Positions 15,851-26,974 are shown, numbered from the stretch's first letter. The stretch: 64,000 nt of DNA from Berkelbacteria bacterium GW2011_GWE1_39_12 (GCA_001029735.1 CP011213.1:76087-140086); one strand, 5' to 3'. Numbers and translations: made by a program. The notes: generated from the sequence alone by a model not told the origin.

Positions 15851-18046
15851 ATGGATTATGAAATTCAATACGCCAGACTTGTAACGACGGAAAAGCTGCC
15901 CGACCGGTTTTTGAATACTCAACTCAAAGCCAATGCCAACCTTGCAAAAACTCAGATGGGCGAAATTTTTTCGATGACGGAAATTTTAACTCAATGGTTT
16001 ACTACGGCACAAATTGGCCAAACTATAATAAATACATTTGCAAACTCATATTATCAAGGTGGAAGTACTTCCGATCTAATCAATTTTGAAGATTCGCTTA
16101 AAAAAGTAAATGAAACTCTAGCGCAAATTACGCAAAATGGTGAAACTGACTGGATCGGCAATATTAATGCCATCTTAGGCGTTATTGTTGAAAATAAAAT
16201 GCATATTGCCCAAACCGGACGTGCCAACGCTTACGTGTTTCGCGATGGCAAGATGGAAAATCTAACAGAAGATTTAGCCCAAGGTGGCGAACCACATCCC
16301 TTAAAAACCTTTACTAATATCACTTCGGGCGAGCTAAAAAGTAAAGACAAAATCTTGATCGCTAATCCTGAGCTTTACAACCAAATTGATGCTGAAAACC
16401 TGCGCCAGATTATTACTATGAACAATCCAAACGAAGCCGTCATGTATTTAGCGAAGATTTTGAAGAAAAAAAGAGTAAATACTGTAAACGCATTATTGAT
16501 TCAATTATTAACCACTGAGGAACTAGCAAAGCAACCGGTCAGCATTGATAATAGTACTATATATTTAGACAAACCATTGGAATCGGTCTGGGCAGGAGCG
16601 CAAAGGGCCTGGCAAGGAATGATTTTTCCAATTATCAAGGCTTTTTCTAAAGAAACCAAAAAAGCATCAGACAAGTCACTGGAATTTACTAAAAATTATT
16701 TAAAAACTCTTCATGAAAAAAAACAGACTAATCAAATAGTTCAAAAAAAAGATTTGTTTGAAAAAGAATTTATTGAAAACAAACCTGAGGATAATCTTCT
16801 AAAAGATGAAGAGATTAAGTACTCACCGGAACTAGAGGTTCATTATTATCAAGAACAACAAAAAGAAAAAGATAATCGTCTAAATAGCTACTCCGCCAAT
16901 GCATCAAAATATTTGAGCGCTTTTGTTTCTTTTGTCATTAAAACAGGCCAAGACAAAAAGCTTAGACCGTATTTTTTAATTGTTGTCGCTCTTGTGATTT
17001 TAACTACAATCGGTTTCACTATTAAAAATAGATATAGCGGTTCTAAGGTTGATCTAAATGAAGCTCAACAAACTTTAAGATCAGCAGAAGATTCTTCGTC
17101 CCAGGCAAAAACCGCATCGGCGAATAAAGATAATGAAAAAGCAAAGCAACTTTGCGCCACTGCAATTACGCAAGCCAGTCCGATTACAAACGTAGCGGTC
17201 GTCGGCGGTAATGCACAAAAAGTTGTGAGCGATTGTTATGGTTTAATTGATACTCTTAGCGCAACGACAAGACTTTCTGATATTAGTCCGATACTATCTA
17301 TAGACCAATCTATTTCCGGATCATTTGTTGTCGGAAGCAAGGCTTACTTAATTTCCGATGGCGATATTTATAGCGCTTTAATTTCGGGCGGAAAACCGGT
17401 TAAAGTTTCTTCAATCCCGAAGAATAACGGCGACTTTCAATTTGGCGCTGTTTACGGAACCGATATTTTAATTTATACGTCTAGTCAAAAAGTTTATAAT
17501 TTTGACACAACAAATTCCAAGACTACGCTTTCTGCCCCTTCTAGTGGTAATTGGGAATCGACCAATGCCGGTACTGTATACAACGGCAACTTCTACCTGC
17601 TTGATAGTGTAATCGGTCAGATTTATAAGCACGCTTTTGTTTCAAGCGTGGCACAATCCGGCACCGCCTACTTAACCACAAAGAGTGTCGATATAAAAGG
17701 CAGTAAATCAATTGCCATAGATGGTTCGGTTTACGTTTTACAAGATAACGGCGACGTACTGATGTTGCAAAGAGGAAAAGCAGTAGACTTTTCACTAAAA
17801 GATACGCCAAGTCCTTATTCAAGAATTGAAAAACCAGTTAAGATTTACACTGACAGTGATGCATCTTCTTTGTATATTTTGGATAACGGGCAAAAAAGAA
17901 TTTTAGAATATGATAAAAACGGAAACTATATTCACCAATATGCATTGCCAAATACACTCGGCGATTTAACTGATTTCTCAGTCTCAGTTAAAGCCAAAAA
18001 AATTTGGGTATCAGCCGGTAAAAGTCTGTACGAGATCGGTATATAA
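15851..18046 (+). CDS. Membrane protein with an N-terminal PP2C-like (probably catalytically degenerate) domain, one TM helix and a large C-terminal extracytoplasmic domain.
   Basis: GNINAILGVIVENKMHIAQTGRANAYVFRDGKMENLTEDLAQGGEPHPLKTFTNITSG aligns with the PP2C block GTT..AAL..G..L.VAHVGDSRAYL.RDG.L.QLT.DHS...HP.RN.ITRALG. The metal-binding residues are substituted: GDS to GRA and DHS to DLA. TM helix at around residue 370 (FLIVVALVILTTIGFTI). Confidence 0.55.
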   Translation: MDYEIQYARLVTTEKLPDRFLNTQLKANANLAKTQMGEIFSMTEILTQWFTTAQIGQTIINTFANSYYQGGSTSDLINFEDSLKKVNETLAQITQNGETDWIGNINAILGVIVENKMHIAQTGRANAYVFRDGKMENLTEDLAQGGEPHPLKTFTNITSGELKSKDKILIANPELYNQIDAENLRQIITMNNPNEAVMYLAKILKKKRVNTVNALLIQLLTTEELAKQPVSIDNSTIYLDKPLESVWAGAQRAWQGMIFPIIKAFSKETKKASDKSLEFTKNYLKTLHEKKQTNQIVQKKDLFEKEFIENKPEDNLLKDEEIKYSPELEVHYYQEQQKEKDNRLNSYSANASKYLSAFVSFVIKTGQDKKLRPYFLIVVALVILTTIGFTIKNRYSGSKVDLNEAQQTLRSAEDSSSQAKTASANKDNEKAKQLCATAITQASPITNVAVVGGNAQKVVSDCYGLIDTLSATTRLSDISPILSIDQSISGSFVVGSKAYLISDGDIYSALISGGKPVKVSSIPKNNGDFQFGAVYGTDILIYTSSQKVYNFDTTNSKTTLSAPSSGNWESTNAGTVYNGNFYLLDSVIGQIYKHAFVSSVAQSGTAYLTTKSVDIKGSKSIAIDGSVYVLQDNGDVLMLQRGKAVDFSLKDTPSPYSRIEKPVKIYTDSDASSLYILDNGQKRILEYDKNGNYIHQYALPNTLGDLTDFSVSVKAKKIWVSAGKSLYEIGI

Positions 18047-18079
18047 AATTCCAAGTATCAAATTCCAACATCCAATAAG

Positions 18080-18397
18080 ATGAAAGATGAAAATATTAAA
18101 GTTTTCGATCTGGGAAAAAGAACAACTAATTTTGGAGTTGAAATTATTTTGTTTTGCAAACAAATTCAACAGAATTCTGTTTCTCGACCAATAATTAGTC
18201 AACTGGTCAGATCTGGGACAAGCATCGGTGCAAATTACTCCGAGGCAAATGAATTTGTAACTAAAAAAGATTTTCAATACAAAATAAGTATTGCTAAAAA
18301 AGAAGCAAAAGAAACACTTTATTGGCTTAAAATGGTTGATTGTTTTGAAGAGAACAAAATTAAAATATCGAATTTAGCGAAAGAAGTTCAGGAATAG
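18080..18397 (+). CDS. Four-helix-bundle protein (23S rRNA intervening-sequence protein family, TIGR02436-like).
   Basis: QLVRSGTSIGANYSEA...KEAKETLYWL motifs. 105 aa. Flanked by short inverted repeats (AAATTCCAA / TTGGAATTT). Confidence 0.7.
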   Translation: MKDENIKVFDLGKRTTNFGVEIILFCKQIQQNSVSRPIISQLVRSGTSIGANYSEANEFVTKKDFQYKISIAKKEAKETLYWLKMVDCFEENKIKISNLAKEVQE

Positions 18398-18466
18398 TTC
18401 TGATTTTTTCAGCAATTCTAAAAAAATAAATTTGGAATCTGGAGCTTGTGATTTGGAATTTTTCAG

Positions 18467-20038
18467 CTACATCTTTTCTGGCGCGGAAATTCCAATAAGA
18501 TCTAAGGTATTTTTGAGAACTATTTTAGTAGCGAGTAATAATTGTACTCTTGCTGCTGAAACCTTTGGGTCTTCAGCCTTAATGACCGGACAGTTTTCAT
18601 AAAAGTGATGAAAACTTTCTGCGAGTTTTATGGCATAAAAAGTCAATTTCTGGATTTGCATATCAGCGACAATTTCATTAACTAATTCAGGCAGTTTTAT
18701 TAATTCTTTAATTAATTCTAATTCTTCCTTTTCCTTTAATTCAGCCAGATCTTGAGCTAAATCACCGTCGATTTTATTTAAGATTGAGGAAATTCTAGCA
18801 TAAGCGTATTGGATGTAAAAACAAGGATTTTTTTGAGATTTTTCTTTGGCCAAGTCTAAATCGAAGTCCATATGCGTATCAAGTGAGCGGTCTAAAAAGA
18901 AAAATCTGGTCACATCAGGACCGACTTCTTCAAGCAATTCATCGAGCGTGACATATGTTCCAGCTCTCTTACTCATTTTAACTTCTTTGCCGTCGCTCAT
19001 TAACCGAACAAGTTGAGCGATAACAATTTGCAATTCGCCATTCCAATCTTCTTCCTTACGAAGAATTTCCACAGCCGCCTGCATACGCCCAACGTAGCCA
19101 TGATGGTCGGCGCCCCAAAAGTTGATCAACAAATCGTATCCTCGGCGTATTTTATCGAAATGGTAAGCGATATCCGCCGCAAAGTAAGTGTGTTCGCCTT
19201 CCTTGGTAACAAGAACACGATCTTTGTCGTCGCCATAATCAGAGGTCTTAAGCCACAAGGCGCCGTCTTTTTCATATGTTAGTCTTAGCTCACCTAATCG
19301 TTCCAACATGGCGAATACCGTACCGTTATCAAATAAAGATTTTTCGCTGAAAAAATGATCAAAGTCAATACCCATTTTCTTAACCGTTTTTTTAATATAT
19401 TCTTCGGTTAAAATTGCCGCAGCTTGAAAGCCAGCTTCGGTCGGCGTTTTGGCGGTAATTCTTGGCGCAATTTCATCGATATACGAACCTTTATAGACCG
19501 CTTCGTCATCTTTTAGAACAGAGTGACCCAAGGCAATGATCTGTGCCCCTCTATCATTAATATAATATTCACGCGTTACCTTTGAGCCATAAGCTTCAAA
19601 AACTCTAGCTAAAGTATCACCAAAAAAACCGCCTCGGCCGTTACCAAGTGTCAGCGGACCAGTAGGATTGGCGGAAATAAATTCAACATTAACTTTTAAA
19701 TCTTTTCCGAGATCACTCTTGCCAAAGTTATCCCCCGCTTTGATTATTTCCAAAATTTTTGAGTTCAAAAACGAAACTTGTATTCTAAAATTAATAAACC
19801 CCGGACCGGCGACTTCCATTGTTTCAATTAATCCGTCTTGACCAATATTATCAATTAATTTTTTTGCGACTTCTAAAGGATTATCCCCTATTTGTTTGGC
19901 AAGAATCATTGCAGCATTAGTCGAATAATCACCGAATTTAGAATCAGCATCATCAATACTAAAGCCTGGCATTTCGGCCTTTGAAAAAGATATCTTAATT
20001 GCGTCTTGAATTTGTTTTTTCAACATTTGTTTAAGCAT
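18467..20038 (-). CDS. argS: Arginine--tRNA ligase.
   Basis: SANPTGPLTLGNGRGG (HIGH-region variant of ArgRS), KMSKR at the C-terminal end. 523 aa. Confidence 0.85.
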   Translation of the reverse strand: MLKQMLKKQIQDAIKISFSKAEMPGFSIDDADSKFGDYSTNAAMILAKQIGDNPLEVAKKLIDNIGQDGLIETMEVAGPGFINFRIQVSFLNSKILEIIKAGDNFGKSDLGKDLKVNVEFISANPTGPLTLGNGRGGFFGDTLARVFEAYGSKVTREYYINDRGAQIIALGHSVLKDDEAVYKGSYIDEIAPRITAKTPTEAGFQAAAILTEEYIKKTVKKMGIDFDHFFSEKSLFDNGTVFAMLERLGELRLTYEKDGALWLKTSDYGDDKDRVLVTKEGEHTYFAADIAYHFDKIRRGYDLLINFWGADHHGYVGRMQAAVEILRKEEDWNGELQIVIAQLVRLMSDGKEVKMSKRAGTYVTLDELLEEVGPDVTRFFFLDRSLDTHMDFDLDLAKEKSQKNPCFYIQYAYARISSILNKIDGDLAQDLAELKEKEELELIKELIKLPELVNEIVADMQIQKLTFYAIKLAESFHHFYENCPVIKAEDPKVSAARVQLLLATKIVLKNTLDLIGISAPEKM

Positions 20039-20133
20039 CGGTATTTCTCCTATTCTACTTCTATATTACCCTAAAAAATGCCTAAAAGTAAAGACAGGTA
20101 GAAATTTGCTTTTTGACATGATAAAATGTAAAT

Positions 20134-22941
20134 ATGTTAAATTTTAAAAAAATGTTATCGAAATTAAACCCAATCAAAAAAAGATCTTTTATTAATTTTC
20201 CAAAGAGAAAAAAATTTTCTTGGAAAAAATTTAGATTCTATGGCGTTAGAGTCTTAATCGCTTTTGTTGCTTTGATTGTCTTACTATTCGCCTGGTACGC
20301 GAAGGATCTGCCAACGCCAGGTAAAATTAAGAATTACCAAGCTGCTGCCTCAACCCAGCTTTTTGATCGCAATAACAAACCGATCTACGCGCTCCATGGC
20401 GATATCCAGAGAGATTTAATTGAATCGAATGATATACCCGAAACAATCAAGCAGGCAACTGTTGCGACTGAAGACAAAAGCTTCTACAAGAACCATGGAA
20501 TTGAATTCAAAGCAATTTTAAGAGCTGCTTATGGTGTAATTACCGGCGTTAATAAAGGGGGCGGCTCGACTATTACCCAACAATTTGTAAAAAACGCCCT
20601 GCTGGACCCTCAAAGATCTTATACTCGTAAAATCAAGGAGCTTATACTATCAATCGAAATCGAAATGATGTATAACAAAGATCAAATTTTGACTATGTAT
20701 CTTAACGAAATTCCATATGGAAACAATGCTTACGGCGTACAAGCAGCTTCCAAGGTCTATTTCAACAAGGATGCGAAGGACCTAACTTTGGCTGAATCGG
20801 CAACCTTGGCTGCTTTACCACAACGACCGACCTATTTTTCACCATATGGCACCCATCCTGACGCCAGAATAAACAGAGTTAATTTTGTCTTAGATTCTAT
20901 GGTTTCAATGAAATACATCGACAAGGACCAGGCAGGCAAAGCAAAAGAAGAAGCCAAAAACATGAAATTCGCCCAACCAAAAGAATACATCGTTGCTCCG
21001 CATTTTGTTCAATATGTGAAAGACCAATTGGTAACAAAATACGGGGAACAAATGGTCAACGAGGGCGGTCTTCAAGTAACAACTACTTTAGATTTGGATA
21101 AGCAGGTTTTGGCAGAAAAAGCCGTACAGGATGCGGCCGGCAAAAGATTTAATAATATTAATGCATCTAATGCCGCATTAGTTTCAATTGACCCAAAAAC
21201 CGGTCAAATCATAGCCATGGTAGGGTCTGCCGATTACTTTAATGATGACATCGATGGTCAAGTTAACGTTGCCGATTCACTCAGACAGCCAGGCTCGTCG
21301 TTCAAACCAATTGTCTATGCAACAGCTTTCAAAGATAAATATAACCCAGCCTTTACACTTTGGGATGTAACAACCGATTTTGGCGGCGGATACACTCCTA
21401 AAAACTACGACGGAAACACACATGGCCCTGTCAGTATGAGGACAGCGCTTTCTAACTCTTTAAACATTCCGGCCGTTAAGACCTTGTACTTGGCCGGTAT
21501 TGATAAATCATTGGAAACCGCCCATGAAATGGGCATAACTTCACTAAAGGGTAATGCCGATCAGTACGGATTGTCTCTCGTTCTAGGTTCTGGTGAAGTA
21601 AAACTTAGTGAGCTAACTTCGGCCTACGGCACTTTTGGGAATAATGGGACACACGCTCCAATGACTCCAATTTTGAAGGTTGTCGATGCAAAAGGAAAAA
21701 CTGTCGATGAGTTTAAAGACGGCAAAGGAAAAGAAGTACTCGACCCTCAGATCGCCTATGAAATTTCCTCAATATTATCTGACAACGATGCCAGATCAAT
21801 GGTTTTTGGCTCCCGTTCAACCTTGTATATTCCAGACAGACCTGATGTTGCCGTTAAAACCGGGACGACTTCTTTATATAAAGATGCTTGGACTATCGGC
21901 TACACTCCATCAGTTGTTACTGGCGTTTGGGTTGGAAATAACGACAATAAACCTATGACAGCCGGTGCTGCCGGTGCTATGGCTGCTGCTCCAATATGGC
22001 GTCAATACATGCAATCCGTCTTAGGCGACAATGAATCATTTACAAAACCTGACGGCATTCAAAATATAACAGTGGATAAACTTTCAAACAAATTACCAAC
22101 CAGTAATTCGCCAGAGACTATCAGTGATATATTCTCCACATGGCAAGCGCCAAAGAAGGAAGATGATATCCATGTTACTATTAAAATTGATAAATTTACC
22201 GGTAAACGGGCCACTGATGATTGCCCGAATCAATTTACGGAAGAGAGAACTTATACTGATTTGCACAGCGAAGTACCAAATAATTCCAACTGGGAAGGGC
22301 CTGTACGAGCCGCGGCTGAAAGATTTGGTATAAATATTAGTTATGCGCCAGAGGAAAAAAGCTGTATGGGCCTTTCTGGCAAGCCAACCATATCATTTGT
22401 TAGTCCAATTAATAATGCCACCACCGATGGAAAGTTCACAATTAGTGTTTCAGCAAATTCGGCCGCAGGTATAAAAAAAGTTGACTTTGCAATAGATGGC
22501 GTTTTTATTGGCACTGTTGCACAAGCGCCTTACAGTATTAGCTCGCCAGGTTTGAGCTCCGGTAAACACAATATTACTGCCACCGCCACAACTACAACAG
22601 ACTTAAGCGAATCCGCTAAAATAAATATTACGGTGAAAAAAAGCATTTCTGTCCCAGATAGTCCGACCTTCAATTCTGTCTCCGGCGGTGTTGAGAGCGC
22701 CACAATTTCTTGGACCAATGCAAGTAGCTCTGCTCTAACTAGTGTAAGAATATATGCCTCAGAAACACAGGGTCAGCTCGGAATTGTTGTTGCAACAGTA
22801 GACGCTAATCCTTCTCAAAGCCAATCAACCACAGTAAATGATTTGGATTCAGGCCAAATATACTGGTTTACGCTTAAATCAGTTGATAGTTCTGGACATG
22901 AGAGTACAAACAATACTCAGCACTCTGCGCTAATTCTTTAG
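20134..22941 (+). CDS. Class A penicillin-binding protein (PBP1A-type; GT51 glycosyltransferase + transpeptidase) with a roughly 250-aa C-terminal Ig/FN3-like extension.
   Basis: ATEDKSFYKNHGIEF (GT51), SSFKP (SxxK), KTGTT. C-terminal beta-rich repeats (VDFAIDGVFIGTV...; SVTSVRIYASETQGQ...). Confidence 0.85.
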   Translation: MLNFKKMLSKLNPIKKRSFINFPKRKKFSWKKFRFYGVRVLIAFVALIVLLFAWYAKDLPTPGKIKNYQAAASTQLFDRNNKPIYALHGDIQRDLIESNDIPETIKQATVATEDKSFYKNHGIEFKAILRAAYGVITGVNKGGGSTITQQFVKNALLDPQRSYTRKIKELILSIEIEMMYNKDQILTMYLNEIPYGNNAYGVQAASKVYFNKDAKDLTLAESATLAALPQRPTYFSPYGTHPDARINRVNFVLDSMVSMKYIDKDQAGKAKEEAKNMKFAQPKEYIVAPHFVQYVKDQLVTKYGEQMVNEGGLQVTTTLDLDKQVLAEKAVQDAAGKRFNNINASNAALVSIDPKTGQIIAMVGSADYFNDDIDGQVNVADSLRQPGSSFKPIVYATAFKDKYNPAFTLWDVTTDFGGGYTPKNYDGNTHGPVSMRTALSNSLNIPAVKTLYLAGIDKSLETAHEMGITSLKGNADQYGLSLVLGSGEVKLSELTSAYGTFGNNGTHAPMTPILKVVDAKGKTVDEFKDGKGKEVLDPQIAYEISSILSDNDARSMVFGSRSTLYIPDRPDVAVKTGTTSLYKDAWTIGYTPSVVTGVWVGNNDNKPMTAGAAGAMAAAPIWRQYMQSVLGDNESFTKPDGIQNITVDKLSNKLPTSNSPETISDIFSTWQAPKKEDDIHVTIKIDKFTGKRATDDCPNQFTEERTYTDLHSEVPNNSNWEGPVRAAAERFGINISYAPEEKSCMGLSGKPTISFVSPINNATTDGKFTISVSANSAAGIKKVDFAIDGVFIGTVAQAPYSISSPGLSSGKHNITATATTTTDLSESAKINITVKKSISVPDSPTFNSVSGGVESATISWTNASSSALTSVRIYASETQGQLGIVVATVDANPSQSQSTTVNDLDSGQIYWFTLKSVDSSGHESTNNTQHSALIL

Positions 22942-22948
22942 AGATTTT

Positions 22949-23917
22949 TTATTTATGAATTGTCCTGTAACCTTTTGTCGGTTTTTTTGGTTGAACAAAA
23001 ATCATTTTTCCAGCTACTGTTTGGAAAATTCTCACCACTTCTGTATCAACTTCTTTGCCGATAAACTTATCACCACCTTCAACCACAATCATTGTGCCAT
23101 CAGCAAGATATCCGACCCCCTGATTTGACTCTTTTCCCTCTTGGATGACTTTAACAACAATGTTTTCTCCTGGTATTAACATGGGTTTTATCGCCTCGGA
23201 AAGTTCATTTATATTTAAAACTTTAACATTTTGTATTTTAGCAACACGGTTTAAATTGTAATCTACAGTCAAGATTTTTGCATCATGCGCTTTAGCAATT
23301 TTTATAAGCCTTGAATCAACTGCATCCCTACCATGCGTCATTTCGTCGATAATACTGATATCTACTTCTTGATCGTGCTGTAAGTGATCTAGGACTTCCA
23401 ATCCTTTTCGACCCTTTGCTCTCTTCAGTGGGTCCTCTGAGTCAGCCACTGCTTGAAGTTCATTTAAAATAAATTGAGGAACAACCATCGCAGCTAAGAT
23501 AAATCCAGCTCGTGCGATCTCTTCTATCCTTCCGTCAATTAAGATAGAAGTGTCTAACATTATTTCTTCTTTTTGTAAGTTTTTATCTTCTTTTTCCCAG
23601 CCTATTTTGCTCAATAATTTATGGATAAAAAGAGTTACAGATTTTGCCTGAGCGAGAAATAAGTCCAAAACAGCAACAGTTATAAAAACATTCACAATGA
23701 TTGGGAGCCACCTTCCATAATCTCCTGGTAATTTAGATAACGTCTGGGCAGCAAGCGAGCCGATAGCTAACCCTACAATTAAACCCAAAATTCCGAGGAA
23801 GAAATATGGAAAAGAAACTCGTAGTAATTTGCGGGTAATAAATAAAACACCAATTGAGAAAATTAATATAATGATGAAAAATAATAAATCTTGCTGACTT
23901 TGAGGAATATTAAACAT
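22949..23917 (-). CDS. YacL-like membrane protein with PIN and TRAM domains.
   Basis: Two N-terminal TM helices, PIN domain (LDTSILIDGRIEE...), C-terminal TRAM-like barrel. Conserved partner of radA. Confidence 0.7.
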   Translation of the reverse strand: MFNIPQSQQDLLFFIIILIFSIGVLFITRKLLRVSFPYFFLGILGLIVGLAIGSLAAQTLSKLPGDYGRWLPIIVNVFITVAVLDLFLAQAKSVTLFIHKLLSKIGWEKEDKNLQKEEIMLDTSILIDGRIEEIARAGFILAAMVVPQFILNELQAVADSEDPLKRAKGRKGLEVLDHLQHDQEVDISIIDEMTHGRDAVDSRLIKIAKAHDAKILTVDYNLNRVAKIQNVKVLNINELSEAIKPMLIPGENIVVKVIQEGKESNQGVGYLADGTMIVVEGGDKFIGKEVDTEVVRIFQTVAGKMIFVQPKKPTKGYRTIHK

Positions 23918-25205
23918 TAAAAGCTTCCTTTAATACTTTGGAAATTAATTTGTTTTGAATTGTTTGCTTATAACCTAATCTTTTTGCTTCGCTCAGTCTT
24001 TTGCTTTCAAAATTCACAGGTCTTACTTCCCCTCCTAGCCCAAGCTCGCCAAAGAAAACAGTATTCTTTTCAACATTTTTATTTTTGTACGCCGAAGCAA
24101 TTGCGATTGCGACAGCCAAATCGGCTGCAGGTTCTTTTAAGCGGAAACCGCCAGCGACATTTAAATACACATCAGTGGAATTCAAATTCAAACCACCGCG
24201 ATTCACTAAAATTGCAACGATTAATTGTAAGCGGTTTAGATCAAATCCAGAAGCGGTTCTTTTTGGATAACCAAAGCTACTCTCCGAAACCAGAGCTTGA
24301 ATTTCTACTAACAAAGGACGCGTTCCTTCAACGGTAACCGTTATCACAGAGCCTGGCAAGTTCGCGCTCTCCTCTGCAAGAAAAACTTTTGAAGGATTTG
24401 ATACTTCTTTTAGGCCAAGACCGGTAATTTCAAAAATACCAATCTCATCTGTAGCGCCAAATCGATTCTTAGTTGTTCTAAGAATTCTTAAATCATGGAA
24501 CCGTTCGCCTTCGAGGTATAAAACAACATCAACCATATGCTCTAGTGTTTTTGGCCCTGCCACAGTCCCATCTTTCGTGACATGACCGACCAAAACAACT
24601 GGCACATGGTTTTCTTTAGCATATTTTTGTAAACGCAATGCTGTTTCGCGAACTTGGACTATGCTCCCTGCCGTCGAGGGAAAATTTTCAGAATACATTG
24701 TTTGCACTGAATCTATAATAACCAATGATGGTTTCTGCTTTAACAAAGTTGAAATAATTGAGTCAACATCTGTTTCTGCGATAAAATTTATTTCCTTAGA
24801 CCCGAGCTTTAATCGATCAGCGCGCATTTTAATTTGTTCGGCAGATTCTTCACCCGAAACATAAAAAGTGCCAGACATTTTTTCTGCGAGCTGAAGAAGC
24901 AGTGTTGATTTTCCTATACCAGGTTCACCACCCAATAAAATCAAAGAGCCTGGCACTAAACCTCCGCCTAATACGCGATCGACCTCAATAAAAGAGGTAG
25001 ATATCCGCTGAAAATTTTCTGATTTAACTTCCGAAAGTTTTACAACTTCTAAATCTTCTAGTGGTTTTGTTTTTTGTCGTTGGGTTTTGAATTCTTTAAG
25101 TGTATTCCATGCACCGCAGTTCGGGCACTTGCCTTGCCATTTGGCAAATTCGTCACCGCAATCATCACAGACGAAAATAATTTGGGAAGTTTGTTTGTTT
25201 GACAT
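23910..25205 (-). CDS. radA: DNA repair protein RadA (Sms).
   Basis: C4 zinc finger (CDDCGDEFAKWQGKCPNCGAW), Walker A GGEPGIGKSTLLLQ, KNRFG motif, Lon-like C-terminus. Confidence 0.9.
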   Translation of the reverse strand: MSNKQTSQIIFVCDDCGDEFAKWQGKCPNCGAWNTLKEFKTQRQKTKPLEDLEVVKLSEVKSENFQRISTSFIEVDRVLGGGLVPGSLILLGGEPGIGKSTLLLQLAEKMSGTFYVSGEESAEQIKMRADRLKLGSKEINFIAETDVDSIISTLLKQKPSLVIIDSVQTMYSENFPSTAGSIVQVRETALRLQKYAKENHVPVVLVGHVTKDGTVAGPKTLEHMVDVVLYLEGERFHDLRILRTTKNRFGATDEIGIFEITGLGLKEVSNPSKVFLAEESANLPGSVITVTVEGTRPLLVEIQALVSESSFGYPKRTASGFDLNRLQLIVAILVNRGGLNLNSTDVYLNVAGGFRLKEPAADLAVAIAIASAYKNKNVEKNTVFFGELGLGGEVRPVNFESKRLSEAKRLGYKQTIQNKLISKVLKEAFNV

Positions 25206-25257
25206 AGCTAAAGTATATCACAAAATGACCCAATATTTTTTGAGAATTAAATCTAAA

Positions 25258-26916
25258 TTAGTATTTAATATCAACTATTTTTAATTGCAAATTAGTTCGA
25301 CCGTTCCAGACATTCTCATCGATTGAGAAAGCAAGATCAATCTTTTTATCGGTAAGACTTTTTAATAGATAACCCAAACCAAAACCAATGCAATCAATAT
25401 TATCGACTTTAAACTTCAAATGTTTGTTTTCCTGACCGATTGTTTTTAAATTAGTAACTTTTATATTTTCCATCGTAAATACAGGCCTAGGATTACCAAG
25501 GCCAAATGGCTCTAATTGCTGAATTTTCTTAAAAATATCTAATGATATTTCCTCAGGCTTTATTAGTGCATCGATTTTTATTCTTGGGATTAAATCACTT
25601 TCCTTTAATCTATTTTCGGCCATTGCAATCATTCGATCATAAAAGGCATCAATTTGACTATTGGCAATAGTAAGACCAGCCGCCTTTGTGTGGCCACCAT
25701 AATTTTCTAAAATATCTTTTGTTTCCTCTAGTGCCGAAACCAGATCAAAACCATCAATCGAACGTCCTGATCCTTTGCTAAATTCCTCGCCTTCCTCAAA
25801 AATAAAACATGGTCGGGAAAATTCTTCAGTGATTCGGCCTGCAACTAGTCCCACTAAACCGCTTGGCCAATTCTTATTGGAAATACAAATTACTTTATTT
25901 TTACTGAGATTACCTTTTTCAATAGCTGATTGTGCCTCTTTTATCACACGGTCGAGTTCTTCTTGACGCGCAATGTTTATATCGTTTAACTCTTTAGCTA
26001 ATTCTTCCGCTTTTTTCTCATTTTTTTCTCGAAGCAAGTTATAGCTTTCATTGGCCTTGTCCATTCGACCAGGTGCGTTAAGCCTTGGCCCAATTTGAAA
26101 ACCAACTGTATAGGTATCGATAGTTGCTTTGTCGATCGCCGCAATATTATAAAGCTTCTGCAGCCCTAAATTTTTTGTTTTTCTTAAAACAACTAAACCA
26201 AACTTTGCGAAAATTCTGTTTTCATCGACTAGGGGAACCACGTCACATATCGTTGTAATGCAAATCAAATCAAACATCCATTTAAGATCCGACTCCGTCA
26301 ACTTTCCCGTTTTCTGCCCTAATGCTTGGAGGAGCTTAAAGGCTACTCCCCCGCCGGATAATTCTCTAAATGGATACTTTGATGTTTTAATTTTAGGGTC
26401 GATAACAGCTAAAGCTTCTGGTAATTCTGGCCCTTGTTCGTGATGATCCGTAATTATTAAATCGATACCAAGTTTTTTAACGACTTTAGCATTTTTTAAT
26501 TCACGGATGCCTAAATCAGTGGTTATAATTAAACTGACTTTATTTTCTTTAAAATAATCTATCCCCCTTTTATTTAGGCCATATCCTTCCTTACGAACAG
26601 GGATATAAACAAGACATGAACAATTAAATTTTTCTTCCAAAACTGAACACAAAAGCGCTGAAGACGGGACACCATCCGCATCGTAATCGCCAAAAATTCC
26701 TATTGTTTCTTTTTGATCAGTAGCTTTTATAATGCGTTCAACGGCTTTGTCCATATCTGGCAATAAAAAGGGGTCGTGTAAACCAGCCGCGAAATCAGGA
26801 TTAATAAATTTATCAAAATCTTCTCTTTTGATCTTTCTATTTAAAAGAAGTTGTTCAATCAAATCGTCGGAGTATTTTTTTTCTACAATCCAATTTTTTA
26901 AGCAATTATTCTTCAT
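25258..26916 (-). CDS. recJ: Single-stranded-DNA-specific exonuclease RecJ.
   Basis: DHH family motifs ([14 protein letters not shown]), DHHA1 GGGH region. Confidence 0.85.
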   Translation of the reverse strand: MKNNCLKNWIVEKKYSDDLIEQLLLNRKIKREDFDKFINPDFAAGLHDPFLLPDMDKAVERIIKATDQKETIGIFGDYDADGVPSSALLCSVLEEKFNCSCLVYIPVRKEGYGLNKRGIDYFKENKVSLIITTDLGIRELKNAKVVKKLGIDLIITDHHEQGPELPEALAVIDPKIKTSKYPFRELSGGGVAFKLLQALGQKTGKLTESDLKWMFDLICITTICDVVPLVDENRIFAKFGLVVLRKTKNLGLQKLYNIAAIDKATIDTYTVGFQIGPRLNAPGRMDKANESYNLLREKNEKKAEELAKELNDINIARQEELDRVIKEAQSAIEKGNLSKNKVICISNKNWPSGLVGLVAGRITEEFSRPCFIFEEGEEFSKGSGRSIDGFDLVSALEETKDILENYGGHTKAAGLTIANSQIDAFYDRMIAMAENRLKESDLIPRIKIDALIKPEEISLDIFKKIQQLEPFGLGNPRPVFTMENIKVTNLKTIGQENKHLKFKVDNIDCIGFGLGYLLKSLTDKKIDLAFSIDENVWNGRTNLQLKIVDIKY

Positions 26917-26974
26917 TGGTAATAAACTCTGCTATTTACCGCAGAGTATCCCTGCGGGGCGAGTTTGTTATCGC

